This document shows positions 39,088 to 49,322 of a stretch of DNA of 64,000 nucleotides, one piece after another. Each line of letters starts with the position of its first letter. Position 1 is the stretch's first letter. The notes beneath the pieces are model-generated. The model was given only the letters and a program-made list of their open reading frames with translations, made no database searches and was not told the origin of the DNA. The DNA is taken from the IMG/VR virus record IMGVR_UViG_3300028591_000096. One strand, written 5' to 3'. The translations under genes were made by a program, and so were the position numbers. The DNA is from a virus (taxonomy: Duplodnaviria > Caudoviricetes).

Positions 39088-40650
39088 TTATAATATTTGA
39101 TTCAACGATAATATTTTTGATTTTGTTCTACCAGTTCTTGTATCAACACATACAAGTTCAAATACATTATTTTCATTGAATATGAATTTATTCATTTCAT
39201 CACAAACATAATTTTTAACAACGTTTATTCTATTGTTGCAGAAAGTTTCAGATGAATCACCATATTCATCATTCAAGTTTAATTTTTTATTTAATGATCT
39301 TTGTGCCGCAACGTACTGATCAAACACAATAGGTGATAATGATGATATGCTCTTTGTATATGACCCTACTGTTTCGTTAAAGCAATAAGACGGAAAATAA
39401 TCATTTGATATCATACTTGAAAAATATGCAGATTCCCCGCTTCTATAATGAACTTCACAATATCCACATGATGAATTTACGTTTGGGTTTTTTGAATATT
39501 GTATTATTGATGAACTTGGGTTACCAATACTTGTGTAACTATAACAATGATTAGATACTGATATTATGTCATAAAGAATTGTATCGTTAGAATTAATGCT
39601 TGTTATATTTTTTCCAATACAATAATAACCAATGAACCTACTAACGAGATTTACAATGTATCTGAACATAAAAAGATGGAAAGGGTAACCCATACTATCT
39701 TTTACAGATGTTATATAACCGTTATTTCTATAAGGATCAAAAAATGATGAACTATAATTATTAATAGATGGGTGAAGTTTATCACATGCCATATCTGATA
39801 TGTAATATGATCTTTTTTCGTCTATCACTTCATCTTCATTTCCTTTACGCAATAATTTTGATACTGGAATTTCAATTACTTTTTCGAATAGAACATTATT
39901 AATATTGTTATTATCGGTAAAAGGTTCTTCATTTATGTTTGTTGCGTATGAATCAGAAAAGCCTTTCATTATAGGAAGATTGTTGCGACCTAATATGGTT
40001 TTTCTGTTTTTTATATGAATCTTCAGGTAAAAGTCATAATTTTGAATAATACTTTGATCGGTTAGTGATATTTTTGGTCCAATCTCAAAACCAAACAATA
40101 ATCTTAATGCTTCACTATAATATGAAATACATCCAGATGCATCCTTTACTTGAAGACCGTTAACATATGATAAATTATCTGCTCTAGAATATTCATATGA
40201 CCTATTTACGGGCACATGGCACTCAGTTGTAGTATATTCACCCCTGTTTAATTTAACGCTATGTATACAATCAAAAACATTGACTACATTTGTTTCGGAT
40301 TCTATATATCCCAATCTTTCAATATCGTATGGGTTTGATGTATTGTCTGTTTTTATTATTTTGTATATGTAATTGTATACACTTTCAGATATTTCACATA
40401 TAATCAAATCATTATTATGATATATTCTTGTATCACCAGATCCATTAAGATCTGTGGACTCATTTATTCGAGTCAACAATGTAGACTTTAAATCATCAGA
40501 TATCGTGCTGTAATTTATAAAGTACACTGTTGATCCGCTTAAACCGTCTTTACCTTCAACCCCACGTTCACCACATACAGACAGACCTGCTGGTTGTATA
40601 TCCTGGAACATTTTTGTTTGTTTGTATTCAAAATTAAAAGATTCTATCAT
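39088..40650 (-). CDS. Tail-fibre/baseplate-associated protein, paralogous to its neighbours
   Basis: GERGVEGKDGLSGSTVYF...NDLII collagen-like motif. Confidence 0.5.
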   Translation of the reverse strand: MIESFNFEYKQTKMFQDIQPAGLSVCGERGVEGKDGLSGSTVYFINYSTISDDLKSTLLTRINESTDLNGSGDTRIYHNNDLIICEISESVYNYIYKIIKTDNTSNPYDIERLGYIESETNVVNVFDCIHSVKLNRGEYTTTECHVPVNRSYEYSRADNLSYVNGLQVKDASGCISYYSEALRLLFGFEIGPKISLTDQSIIQNYDFYLKIHIKNRKTILGRNNLPIMKGFSDSYATNINEEPFTDNNNINNVLFEKVIEIPVSKLLRKGNEDEVIDEKRSYYISDMACDKLHPSINNYSSSFFDPYRNNGYITSVKDSMGYPFHLFMFRYIVNLVSRFIGYYCIGKNITSINSNDTILYDIISVSNHCYSYTSIGNPSSSIIQYSKNPNVNSSCGYCEVHYRSGESAYFSSMISNDYFPSYCFNETVGSYTKSISSLSPIVFDQYVAAQRSLNKKLNLNDEYGDSSETFCNNRINVVKNYVCDEMNKFIFNENNVFELVCVDTRTGRTKSKILSLNQIL

Positions 40651-40652
40651 TA

Positions 40653-43600
40653 TTAAAACATAATTATCATTTCTGCATAGTATCTGTGAGGTTCAAGATT
40701 CTCAATATTCATGTAATATCTGTTTTCAGAGAATACAATAGTATTTTCAAGATTCTTCATTTCTTCATATGATGATGTGTCTGATGGCTTTTCATATTTG
40801 AACTCAAGTTTATCGCTTGACTTATCTACATATAATATAAACTTTGTGTTATTATTTATGTCTATAAGTTTAAGTATTGTGTTTTCTATATACTTTGACT
40901 TATAACTTGAATATGAAATATCTTTACTGTTTATGTATTTTTGATTTTTGCCCCATGAATCTGAATAACCATTACTCTTGTCACTATTTATGAAATTTAT
41001 AATGGATGATGTTATGTTGAGTACAATTTTTTTGTCACTTGGTGATTCTACAGTGTCAACCCATGTTGTTAGATCTATTCCGTGTATAATATTACCATTT
41101 TGATCTTTTGTTTTTAAGTTGATACCTCTAGATGCAATATAGTTGTTTTTTTCAAATCCTGAGAATGCTCCATAATATGAAATATATGTATCATATTTAC
41201 TGAATAATCTACACATATTTGTATACCAATATCCGATAAGTGGATCATGGTTTCTTAATAGTGTTACAGAATGTGATTGATTTATACTTTTTATCTCTTT
41301 AGTACTTGATTTGTCAATTGCGTTTTCAAACTTTATACGTGTAACAAGATCATCTACATTGGTTGTATTTTCAAGTATTCCATCAGTACTGTGTAAACGA
41401 CTATCAACATCTTCAGAATATAATAATATCGATGCATCTTGACATTTTTTCGTAGTCTCTATATTTGATACATTAAAATATATAAGCCTAGATAAACCAT
41501 TTTCTTCATATACTGGATTATCATTTTGATCAAATTTAATTGCATCAGAAGAAGAATCTTCTCGTGATTGAACAAAATACAAATATTTTAAATCTCCTAC
41601 ACTTATATCACCTACACTTACATCAAATGTTCTTAAATGTAGTTTTGTTCTTCCTTCAATTTTTTCTGTTCCGTCAAAATAAAATTCATATATGGTTGAA
41701 CTATCATTTTTACCATAAAGTAAACTATCAAATTGAAGTGTATCAATTATAGAGGAGTCATCAACAAAACCAGAAAGTGTCTTCGTATCAAAGCTGTATA
41801 TTCCCTTAATAACATTATCATTATCCACATTATCATTATTTGTTATAATTTTGCCAGAATATTTTCCTTCATTTTTTTCTAATTTCATATCTATAAAATC
41901 ATTAGGAAATTCAAGTGAATGATACTTATCTGCTATCCATTTTTTATATAGATCGTTTGGTTTTATAACCATATCATCAACGTAACATACATCTATTATT
42001 GAATCGTATGTATTTACTATAACATCTTTTATATAAAAGCCAAAATCATACAAACCGTTATCGATTTTTTCTTTATAAATATCTCCATTTATTTTTGGTG
42101 GAATAAACCAAGTACTAGCATCTGAAACACTAGCATCTGGAACCATTCTGATTTCATATGAAATATCTTTTTTTATTATCATTGTTGATGCGTCCTTATC
42201 GGAAATTTTCATTATGTTGTCTATATCTATTACTTTTTTCATCCATGTTTGATTTATATAATCTACATCATTTAATATTATATTACAACCATTAAACCAT
42301 GTTAAGAACGAGTCAGATATTTCTACTGGAGCTGCATATTCAAATTTAAACACATCTTTCATTACAGGTACAGAATATGATGGATGTGTGTATCCAGATG
42401 TGATTACTTCATATTTCGTATTCTCTCGTTCTATTTTAAACGGATCAACAAGATCTATACTTATTATACTTGCAACATTATTATATTTTTTTGTTTCGTT
42501 TTCATTTTTTATCGTTATTGCATAATATGATTTTAATTTTTTTAATTGTGATAATGATAACGAATTTGTTGCTATGTTAATACATGTAGATGAATCTATT
42601 TCAGACAGATTTATATACGCATCAACATTATTGTTACCTATGTCTAATGTTTTTATAATCTGATTACTATTAATTGTTTCTATTTTATCATCTTTTGCTA
42701 AAAAAAGATTAGAACTATCTAATCGAATATATCTTTCGTTTATATCTTCATCGAAATGTATCTCTTTTACATTTCCATATATAACAATTTGATTTGGTGA
42801 CGTACTTTCTGCTTTTTCACCGTTTGTTGTTGGTTTTGATATAAGAAATATATCTGATTTTTCATCTACAACTTTATCAATTCCTTCTATTTTTGTAAGA
42901 TATCCATCATCTTTTATTTTTAATCCACCACCGTCATATACACAATCTGATAACTTGATAGAATGTTTAATTCTATGTATTCCAGATGTGATTGTTTCTG
43001 GTCTTTGTATTTTGTTATTATCACTACTTAATCCGTTATATATAATAAGAGCAGCTTGCTCCTTTGTTTCATCTATGAATAGTTCATATGTTCCAGGCTG
43101 ATTTGCGTTGTTTCCGCTCATAGAAAGCAATATTACAGAATATCCAACATATTTTGATAGATTTATCTTTGATTTATCTGTTGATTTTATTCTTGCTTTT
43201 ATTCCACATGAAACAAATTCTATCGAATTATCTCCATATTTGTATATCTTTGAAAACTTGTTAAGATGATTTTCATTTCTATATAATAAATCTTCTATAG
43301 ATCCATTTTCTTCGCTATTGTAAATATAAGAGTTGAACCCACCTGTTTCATCTTCATCATAATAGTTGTAAATGTATTTTGTGTACTTCATATTGTTATC
43401 ATCTTCTCCTAGATTACATGAAACAAACCCTATATGAGTATTATCGTCACTTGGTATCCAGTATGAGCTACTGTCGACTAAAAATGGATTTTTACTATAG
43501 CTTTTTGATATTATTACTGTTGTTTTAAAATATGGAAGATACACCGAATAAGTTATTCTTATATAATTTGATATTTTTACAAGATCGGTATCAATAGCAC

Positions 43601-46600
43601 TTTTTCCATATCTTAACTCTATAGGAATAGTATTTATATCTGTATAATATGCTATTATATCAACTGGTACATTTGAGTTTATAATAATATCTTTATTTTC
43701 AGATATATCTATAAATGGAGATGTTTTAAAAGAATTATCTGGATTAATTATAGATCCAGAATAAGTTAAATATCCATATTCACAATCTGGATCATCTGGT
43801 GTATAAACTTTATATTGATTTTCTGCGAAGTTATACATTACTCTCATTCTATTTCCAGTTTCATCTGTTCCAAGTATTCTCCATTTACAGCAATATGGTG
43901 ATATTAGAGATATATCGAATTTATTGTGACCGTTTATTTGCATGTTTTCAAGAAATACAGCTAGATCTTCTATATTATTAAGATCCATATAGCCAAATCC
44001 ACTTGTGTTGATGTTATATGTTTTAAATTTATCACAATAATCTGCTATAAATTCTTCAGAATTCTGTATAATTTGTTTATTATATACATTTGTTTCAGTT
44101 TGAGTATACTCTCCTAAATTTCCTCCTACTTTTGTTCCTTCTTCTTGGTTGTTTTCATTATTAAGAAAGAAAACACTATCTTTATCAAGAACATCTAAAT
44201 AATAATCTTTTAATGGAAATATAGAGCAAATTCCAGAATTCATAGGGAAATTCTGATAAAATTGAAGTTTACCGTTTGCTTTTATTAATGGATTAAATTC
44301 AAATTTAATAATATATGATTCTTGGTATCCAAATCCTACAATACTATACATAGGATCTGTGTGTTTATGTACAATGAAATTACCATCTATAGAAATATAA
44401 TTTATCTCTATATTTTTTCTATATAGTTTGTTTTCATTGAATTTTGTTGTGTACAAAACAGTTTTGTATGGTGATATACTTTTTTGTATATCATCATTAA
44501 TAAGGACCATAGTTTCACCATTTTCATTATAAACTATATCCATAAAATTAACACAATATGCAACTCTTGTTCCTAGACTTTCAAATCCTATAGGATAATA
44601 TACTTTTATGTCCGTATTATCAAAACTATTCGATTTTGGATCAATGATCATTTTCTTTATAGAATCACAACCGAATATATATGAAGATTTGTCGATATAT
44701 TCATTATCTGGATTTGTATTTTTTATTATATCATCATTTTCCTTATTGAATCCACATATAGATGATATTTTCTCAAACATTACAGTTTGTTGACCAGTTG
44801 AGTTTTTCTTGTATAATAATGAGAATGACGATTTACCATCATCGTATGCACTTATATTGTTACTAAGCTTATTAAAAGCTTTTGTTATAAGACTTAGTTG
44901 CTTCTTTATTATTTCTGGTTTATCTTTCTCGTCAATGTTTGAACGATATTCTGTGTTTAATATAGATATTCTTATAATCTGGAATTCTTTTCCATTTATA
45001 TCGTACTGTGTATATGATATATCAGAAAGTTCATCATCATCAAAGAAATTAGAAACAATCACTTCATATATGGTGTTGTTTGTTAGATCCAAGATTCTAT
45101 AATGTTCACCTGGATCTAATACATCATTTAGCTTGTTTGAAGCATACACCCATAATCCATTATTATAACTGCTTATATCGTATGTGTCAACGGTAACTAT
45201 ACTTTTGTATGTTTCTAATTTGTGTGATTTTGCTTCTTCGCTTTTACTAATATTCTCTTTTAATCTTTTGAATTCTTTGTCTGTTGAAATCCCATAAATT
45301 ACAGTAGGATAGTATGATGGATCAAAATCTAATCCATGAATCGAACTATCAAATATAGCTGCTTCATCTGAATTTATATCTATGCATGTAAATGTTTCAT
45401 CTTCTCCATTAAGTCTTACATATACACCAAAATATGTAGGTAAAGAGAATAATCTTTCGCTTGTGTCATCAAACATAAACTCAAAGTTTATTATATCTTT
45501 ACTTACAATATGATTTCTCTGAAATCCAAGTGTATACCAATCATTCATAGACACTTGGTTGTTTATGCTTCTTTCTTGTGTTGTTTCTTCGTAAATATTA
45601 GATACAACACCATGCTCTAAAGATATACCATTAAATATATTGAAGTGATCGTAATCAGATCCTGTATAAACATCACCAACAAAATCTTTATTATTTTCTA
45701 ATATTCTTCGTATGTATGAACCAAGTTTTGTTCCTTGTCTGAAATCAAATGATTTTATAAGTTCACATTTATTACAGTCTATAAATTCTGTTCTGTCGGC
45801 TATTTCTATATTATTGTTATTAAATAAAGATTCATAATCATTTATTTTAAAAATAAGGAAGAAATCTGGAAGTACTTTTCTTATACACAATGGCGCAAGA
45901 AGTGAATAGTTTTCACTATACATTTTATCTGTATTTGTTCTTACACCATAGTTATATTTGTCATAATATTGCTCATCAAAATCATTAGCTGTAGCAAAAA
46001 GATCATAACATGAATCTTCAATTTTATAAAAATCATCAGTTGTTATAGATCTCATTTTAGACATAAGTGTTCTTCCATAATATTCTGATGGATTAATAGG
46101 AATATGTCTGTATTTATTCTGAGATAAACCTAATGACACTTTAAATGTATCAAGATACATGTTTGATTCTGAATCAACAACAACTTTAACATTACCTGTA
46201 AGTTTAGGATTTACACGAAGTATTGAATATGATGTATCATCATCGATCATCATATCCAATCTTTTATATTTCATTTTTTTGTATAGACTTGAATCTTCTG
46301 AATCAATAGGTGAATATTCATATTTTGTAGGTTCATCTTCAGATCCTTCTATCTTTGTCGAAAGTATTGAACCAGACTTAGATGAGAAATATATAACATA
46401 GTATCCATTAATTGGTTTTATCGTTTTTATGCTTTTTTTGTTCTTTATTATATCGTTTATTAAAACACTAGCATAAATAGAACTATCTCCGTTTGATATT
46501 ATATAACCAGAAAGATCTGGTGAATATATACTACCATCATCTGAATGTTCACCGTAAAGTATGCGTTCCTCGTTATCCAATATTACATATTTCCACTCTG

Positions 46601-46778
46601 GATTATCTATAGTATAAATTGTCTGAATATAATCCGCATAATGATGATCATCATTCGGACTTACAAGAATGGCAGAGTTTATATAAATATCTCCATCACC
46701 TTCCTCATATGTGAATTCTCTATTTTCTCCAGGATTATCTTGGAAATGTAATATTAAAGTCTTTTTTGTGATAACCAT
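40653..46778 (-). CDS. Very large hypothetical structural protein (2041 aa)
   Basis: Uninterrupted ORF in a late operon; D/N/I/Y-rich. Confidence 0.7.
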   Translation of the reverse strand: MVITKKTLILHFQDNPGENREFTYEEGDGDIYINSAILVSPNDDHHYADYIQTIYTIDNPEWKYVILDNEERILYGEHSDDGSIYSPDLSGYIISNGDSSIYASVLINDIIKNKKSIKTIKPINGYYVIYFSSKSGSILSTKIEGSEDEPTKYEYSPIDSEDSSLYKKMKYKRLDMMIDDDTSYSILRVNPKLTGNVKVVVDSESNMYLDTFKVSLGLSQNKYRHIPINPSEYYGRTLMSKMRSITTDDFYKIEDSCYDLFATANDFDEQYYDKYNYGVRTNTDKMYSENYSLLAPLCIRKVLPDFFLIFKINDYESLFNNNNIEIADRTEFIDCNKCELIKSFDFRQGTKLGSYIRRILENNKDFVGDVYTGSDYDHFNIFNGISLEHGVVSNIYEETTQERSINNQVSMNDWYTLGFQRNHIVSKDIINFEFMFDDTSERLFSLPTYFGVYVRLNGEDETFTCIDINSDEAAIFDSSIHGLDFDPSYYPTVIYGISTDKEFKRLKENISKSEEAKSHKLETYKSIVTVDTYDISSYNNGLWVYASNKLNDVLDPGEHYRILDLTNNTIYEVIVSNFFDDDELSDISYTQYDINGKEFQIIRISILNTEYRSNIDEKDKPEIIKKQLSLITKAFNKLSNNISAYDDGKSSFSLLYKKNSTGQQTVMFEKISSICGFNKENDDIIKNTNPDNEYIDKSSYIFGCDSIKKMIIDPKSNSFDNTDIKVYYPIGFESLGTRVAYCVNFMDIVYNENGETMVLINDDIQKSISPYKTVLYTTKFNENKLYRKNIEINYISIDGNFIVHKHTDPMYSIVGFGYQESYIIKFEFNPLIKANGKLQFYQNFPMNSGICSIFPLKDYYLDVLDKDSVFFLNNENNQEEGTKVGGNLGEYTQTETNVYNKQIIQNSEEFIADYCDKFKTYNINTSGFGYMDLNNIEDLAVFLENMQINGHNKFDISLISPYCCKWRILGTDETGNRMRVMYNFAENQYKVYTPDDPDCEYGYLTYSGSIINPDNSFKTSPFIDISENKDIIINSNVPVDIIAYYTDINTIPIELRYGKSAIDTDLVKISNYIRITYSVYLPYFKTTVIISKSYSKNPFLVDSSSYWIPSDDNTHIGFVSCNLGEDDNNMKYTKYIYNYYDEDETGGFNSYIYNSEENGSIEDLLYRNENHLNKFSKIYKYGDNSIEFVSCGIKARIKSTDKSKINLSKYVGYSVILLSMSGNNANQPGTYELFIDETKEQAALIIYNGLSSDNNKIQRPETITSGIHRIKHSIKLSDCVYDGGGLKIKDDGYLTKIEGIDKVVDEKSDIFLISKPTTNGEKAESTSPNQIVIYGNVKEIHFDEDINERYIRLDSSNLFLAKDDKIETINSNQIIKTLDIGNNNVDAYINLSEIDSSTCINIATNSLSLSQLKKLKSYYAITIKNENETKKYNNVASIISIDLVDPFKIERENTKYEVITSGYTHPSYSVPVMKDVFKFEYAAPVEISDSFLTWFNGCNIILNDVDYINQTWMKKVIDIDNIMKISDKDASTMIIKKDISYEIRMVPDASVSDASTWFIPPKINGDIYKEKIDNGLYDFGFYIKDVIVNTYDSIIDVCYVDDMVIKPNDLYKKWIADKYHSLEFPNDFIDMKLEKNEGKYSGKIITNNDNVDNDNVIKGIYSFDTKTLSGFVDDSSIIDTLQFDSLLYGKNDSSTIYEFYFDGTEKIEGRTKLHLRTFDVSVGDISVGDLKYLYFVQSREDSSSDAIKFDQNDNPVYEENGLSRLIYFNVSNIETTKKCQDASILLYSEDVDSRLHSTDGILENTTNVDDLVTRIKFENAIDKSSTKEIKSINQSHSVTLLRNHDPLIGYWYTNMCRLFSKYDTYISYYGAFSGFEKNNYIASRGINLKTKDQNGNIIHGIDLTTWVDTVESPSDKKIVLNITSSIINFINSDKSNGYSDSWGKNQKYINSKDISYSSYKSKYIENTILKLIDINNNTKFILYVDKSSDKLEFKYEKPSDTSSYEEMKNLENTIVFSENRYYMNIENLEPHRYYAEMIIMF

Positions 46779-46794
46779 AATTTTCTGTTTTTTA

Positions 46795-49116
46795 TTATTG
46801 GAATGAATTTAAAATTCTTGAGAAGAATGGGTAGATTTGTTGATTTGCGTAGTTGCTTATAGTTTCGTCTACTGTTCTTCTTCCTTCCTTCGTTAAATTC
46901 GGAGCTTTAATAACAAGTTTTCCTCCATATGTTGTATCATCTTTTTGTAAGTTGAATTCAACACTAGGAGATACATTATCTCCTCGGCCACTGATGGATC
47001 TTAACTTGTCGGCTAGCGACATTGTTATGATATTTGTATTTCCAGAAGCATCAATATCCGTCTCTGTATATTCGATATTATCTGCGCTGTGTTTATACTG
47101 AGAATTACTGTCGGATATATGTGTATAAAGTCCAGCCGCTGACAGTGTTTCCTGTAAAACTACAGATGTCATATCACTCTTTACATTATCAAGTATAGTT
47201 GTTACTGAGTCATTTGTACTCAAATTATCTGGGAATGATACGATTACAGAGTTACTCCATTCCGATTTAAGTGGTGAGTAAGGGTATCCAGCTTCAGATA
47301 TAGATCTAACTTTCAATTCAACTTTTTCACCAGATCTTATAGGAATATCAACTTGGTTTATTGTAACATGTGTTCCGTCTAGTGTTTCAGATTTCCATTC
47401 GAATGTATCGGTGTCCTCATTATATTGTTTATCGAGTATTGGTGATGATGCTATAGACCAGTCTGTGAAAACACCACTTTCTGTTGTAGCATTTGATGAG
47501 TCCGTATAATCGAATGTGTTCAGTTTAGCACCAGTTTCATCAACGTGCAGATATCTGTACATTGTCTCAAATCCGATAATACTTTGCTTTCCTATTTTTT
47601 GATCCTCTATTGAGTATTGTGGATCAGGAATAGCAAAGAATCCTCTGACGTGATATTTTGGTGTATAATTAATAGCACCAGCATCATTAAGCAACGTATT
47701 AAGTTCATCTACAAGTGAACTGAACTGAGTAGTAAGGTTATTGAGTTTTTCTGTGTCTGAATTTATAGAGTTTGTTATTATATCACGTCTATTAGCATCA
47801 TACTCGGTTATAAGTTTATTCTTGTTTGATGAAATTGTATTACGTGTCGCTGTTATATTAGATTTAACGGATGCTATTTCTGAAGTGATAGATGTGTATC
47901 TTTCGCTATCGAGAGTTGCATTAAGTTGTGTATTAATTTGTACAACACGTAAATCACCTTCATTTAATATAGGAGCAGAAGGAATCTTTCCTCCGTATGC
48001 TGGTATTCTTCCTTCTTTAACCTGAGCTATCCACATTCTACCAAAGTCGGCCACGTTCTTCACATAATATGTAAAGAGATTCATATCTGAATCCTTACTG
48101 TATATCAGTGTATTTGTTTCAAATACTACTGGATTTGACCATTCTCTTGAAAGAAGATTAAATTTTTCATTTACGCCTTTGATGTAGACAATGTTTATTT
48201 CATCTATTCCTATACCTACGCTTACAACCTTTTCTTTGAATGGATCATTATAGAATTCAAGGACATCATATAATCCAATTGTATCGTAACCTACATTGTA
48301 TTCCAATTTAACTCTCATCTCTTGTTGATTAATTTCCTTAATCTTGAAAAGAGAGTTATTAAATCTTAAATAATCGTCAACTTGTAGAACATGTCCAGCT
48401 TCATCGCTTTTACCATTATCATCAACTGTAGCGTAGTTAATGGTTGACAAATAGTACCATGTTGCATTTAAACCAGTTTCTTGATTTTTTATAAGATTTA
48501 TACCAGTAACCTGGAACTCACCATTAAACTTTTCGTATGTTAATGGTAATTTTATCTCATCTTTATCTTCTTTGTAAGTTATATAATTATCCTCAAGGAA
48601 TTTTATCATCTCTCCGTAAGGTAGAGTTGTATTCAAAATATCAGATTTAACACTGTCATTTAATCTTTCCTGATTTGTATCAATAATGATCCTAGTGACA
48701 TAGACTCTATCTGAATCTTCTTCTATTTTTCCAGCTAAATCAATTTTAACGTTGCATCTTGGGTATTGTAGACTCTCAAAGAACCAGTTAGGATCTATAT
48801 CAAACTGACTAACACTACCTAAATTTTCTATAGTGTTGGCTGGTCTTGATATTGTTTCGACATTTATTTTTCTATATGTTCCGTCACCAGTCTCTATAAC
48901 ACCTTTTCCAGCAGTAAATCTGGAAATTGTTCTTTCTGCTCTTTCAACCCTATTTACTATATTCTGATATGAAGGTAGAACAACATCATCTGTAACAACA
49001 ACTTCAGCGTTATTGCCAGTAATAGTTTCGTTCATGGCCTGAGCTACATCAAGCATATCACTTGCTGCCTTTGTTAATTGAGCCATGTTTTCGGAATAAC
49101 TGTTTGTATTAGCCAT
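46795..49116 (-). CDS. Hypothetical structural protein with central coiled coil and FN3-like segments
   Basis: 773 aa; VRSISEAG...SEWS FN3-like end; late motif upstream. Confidence 0.65.
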   Translation of the reverse strand: MANTNSYSENMAQLTKAASDMLDVAQAMNETITGNNAEVVVTDDVVLPSYQNIVNRVERAERTISRFTAGKGVIETGDGTYRKINVETISRPANTIENLGSVSQFDIDPNWFFESLQYPRCNVKIDLAGKIEEDSDRVYVTRIIIDTNQERLNDSVKSDILNTTLPYGEMIKFLEDNYITYKEDKDEIKLPLTYEKFNGEFQVTGINLIKNQETGLNATWYYLSTINYATVDDNGKSDEAGHVLQVDDYLRFNNSLFKIKEINQQEMRVKLEYNVGYDTIGLYDVLEFYNDPFKEKVVSVGIGIDEINIVYIKGVNEKFNLLSREWSNPVVFETNTLIYSKDSDMNLFTYYVKNVADFGRMWIAQVKEGRIPAYGGKIPSAPILNEGDLRVVQINTQLNATLDSERYTSITSEIASVKSNITATRNTISSNKNKLITEYDANRRDIITNSINSDTEKLNNLTTQFSSLVDELNTLLNDAGAINYTPKYHVRGFFAIPDPQYSIEDQKIGKQSIIGFETMYRYLHVDETGAKLNTFDYTDSSNATTESGVFTDWSIASSPILDKQYNEDTDTFEWKSETLDGTHVTINQVDIPIRSGEKVELKVRSISEAGYPYSPLKSEWSNSVIVSFPDNLSTNDSVTTILDNVKSDMTSVVLQETLSAAGLYTHISDSNSQYKHSADNIEYTETDIDASGNTNIITMSLADKLRSISGRGDNVSPSVEFNLQKDDTTYGGKLVIKAPNLTKEGRRTVDETISNYANQQIYPFFSRILNSFQ

Positions 49117-49145
49117 CTTCTGTATAGATGTTTTTATCTTTTCAC

Positions 49146-49154
49146 TATTTATCT
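49146..49154 (-). promoter_or_regulatory. Putative late promoter AGATAAATA(GTGAAA)
   Basis: Exact motif about 30 bp upstream of the ATG. Confidence 0.75.
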
Positions 49155-49193
49155 GAAAAGAACGATTATGTACATTTTTTAAATGAAATAAAA

Positions 49194-49222
49194 ATGATCG
49201 ACCCTTTATAAAGATCGATCAT
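49194..49222 (-). terminator. Probable terminator hairpin
   Basis: atgatcga...tcgatcat stem followed by a minus-strand T-run. Confidence 0.55.
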
Positions 49223-49322
49223 CATATATTATGGATATTTTGTTATACTATATTGTTTGTGTTTTTGAACGAGAAACTTGATCATAATAGTTTGCTATGG
49301 TTTCAGGTTTTATAGATGTTGT

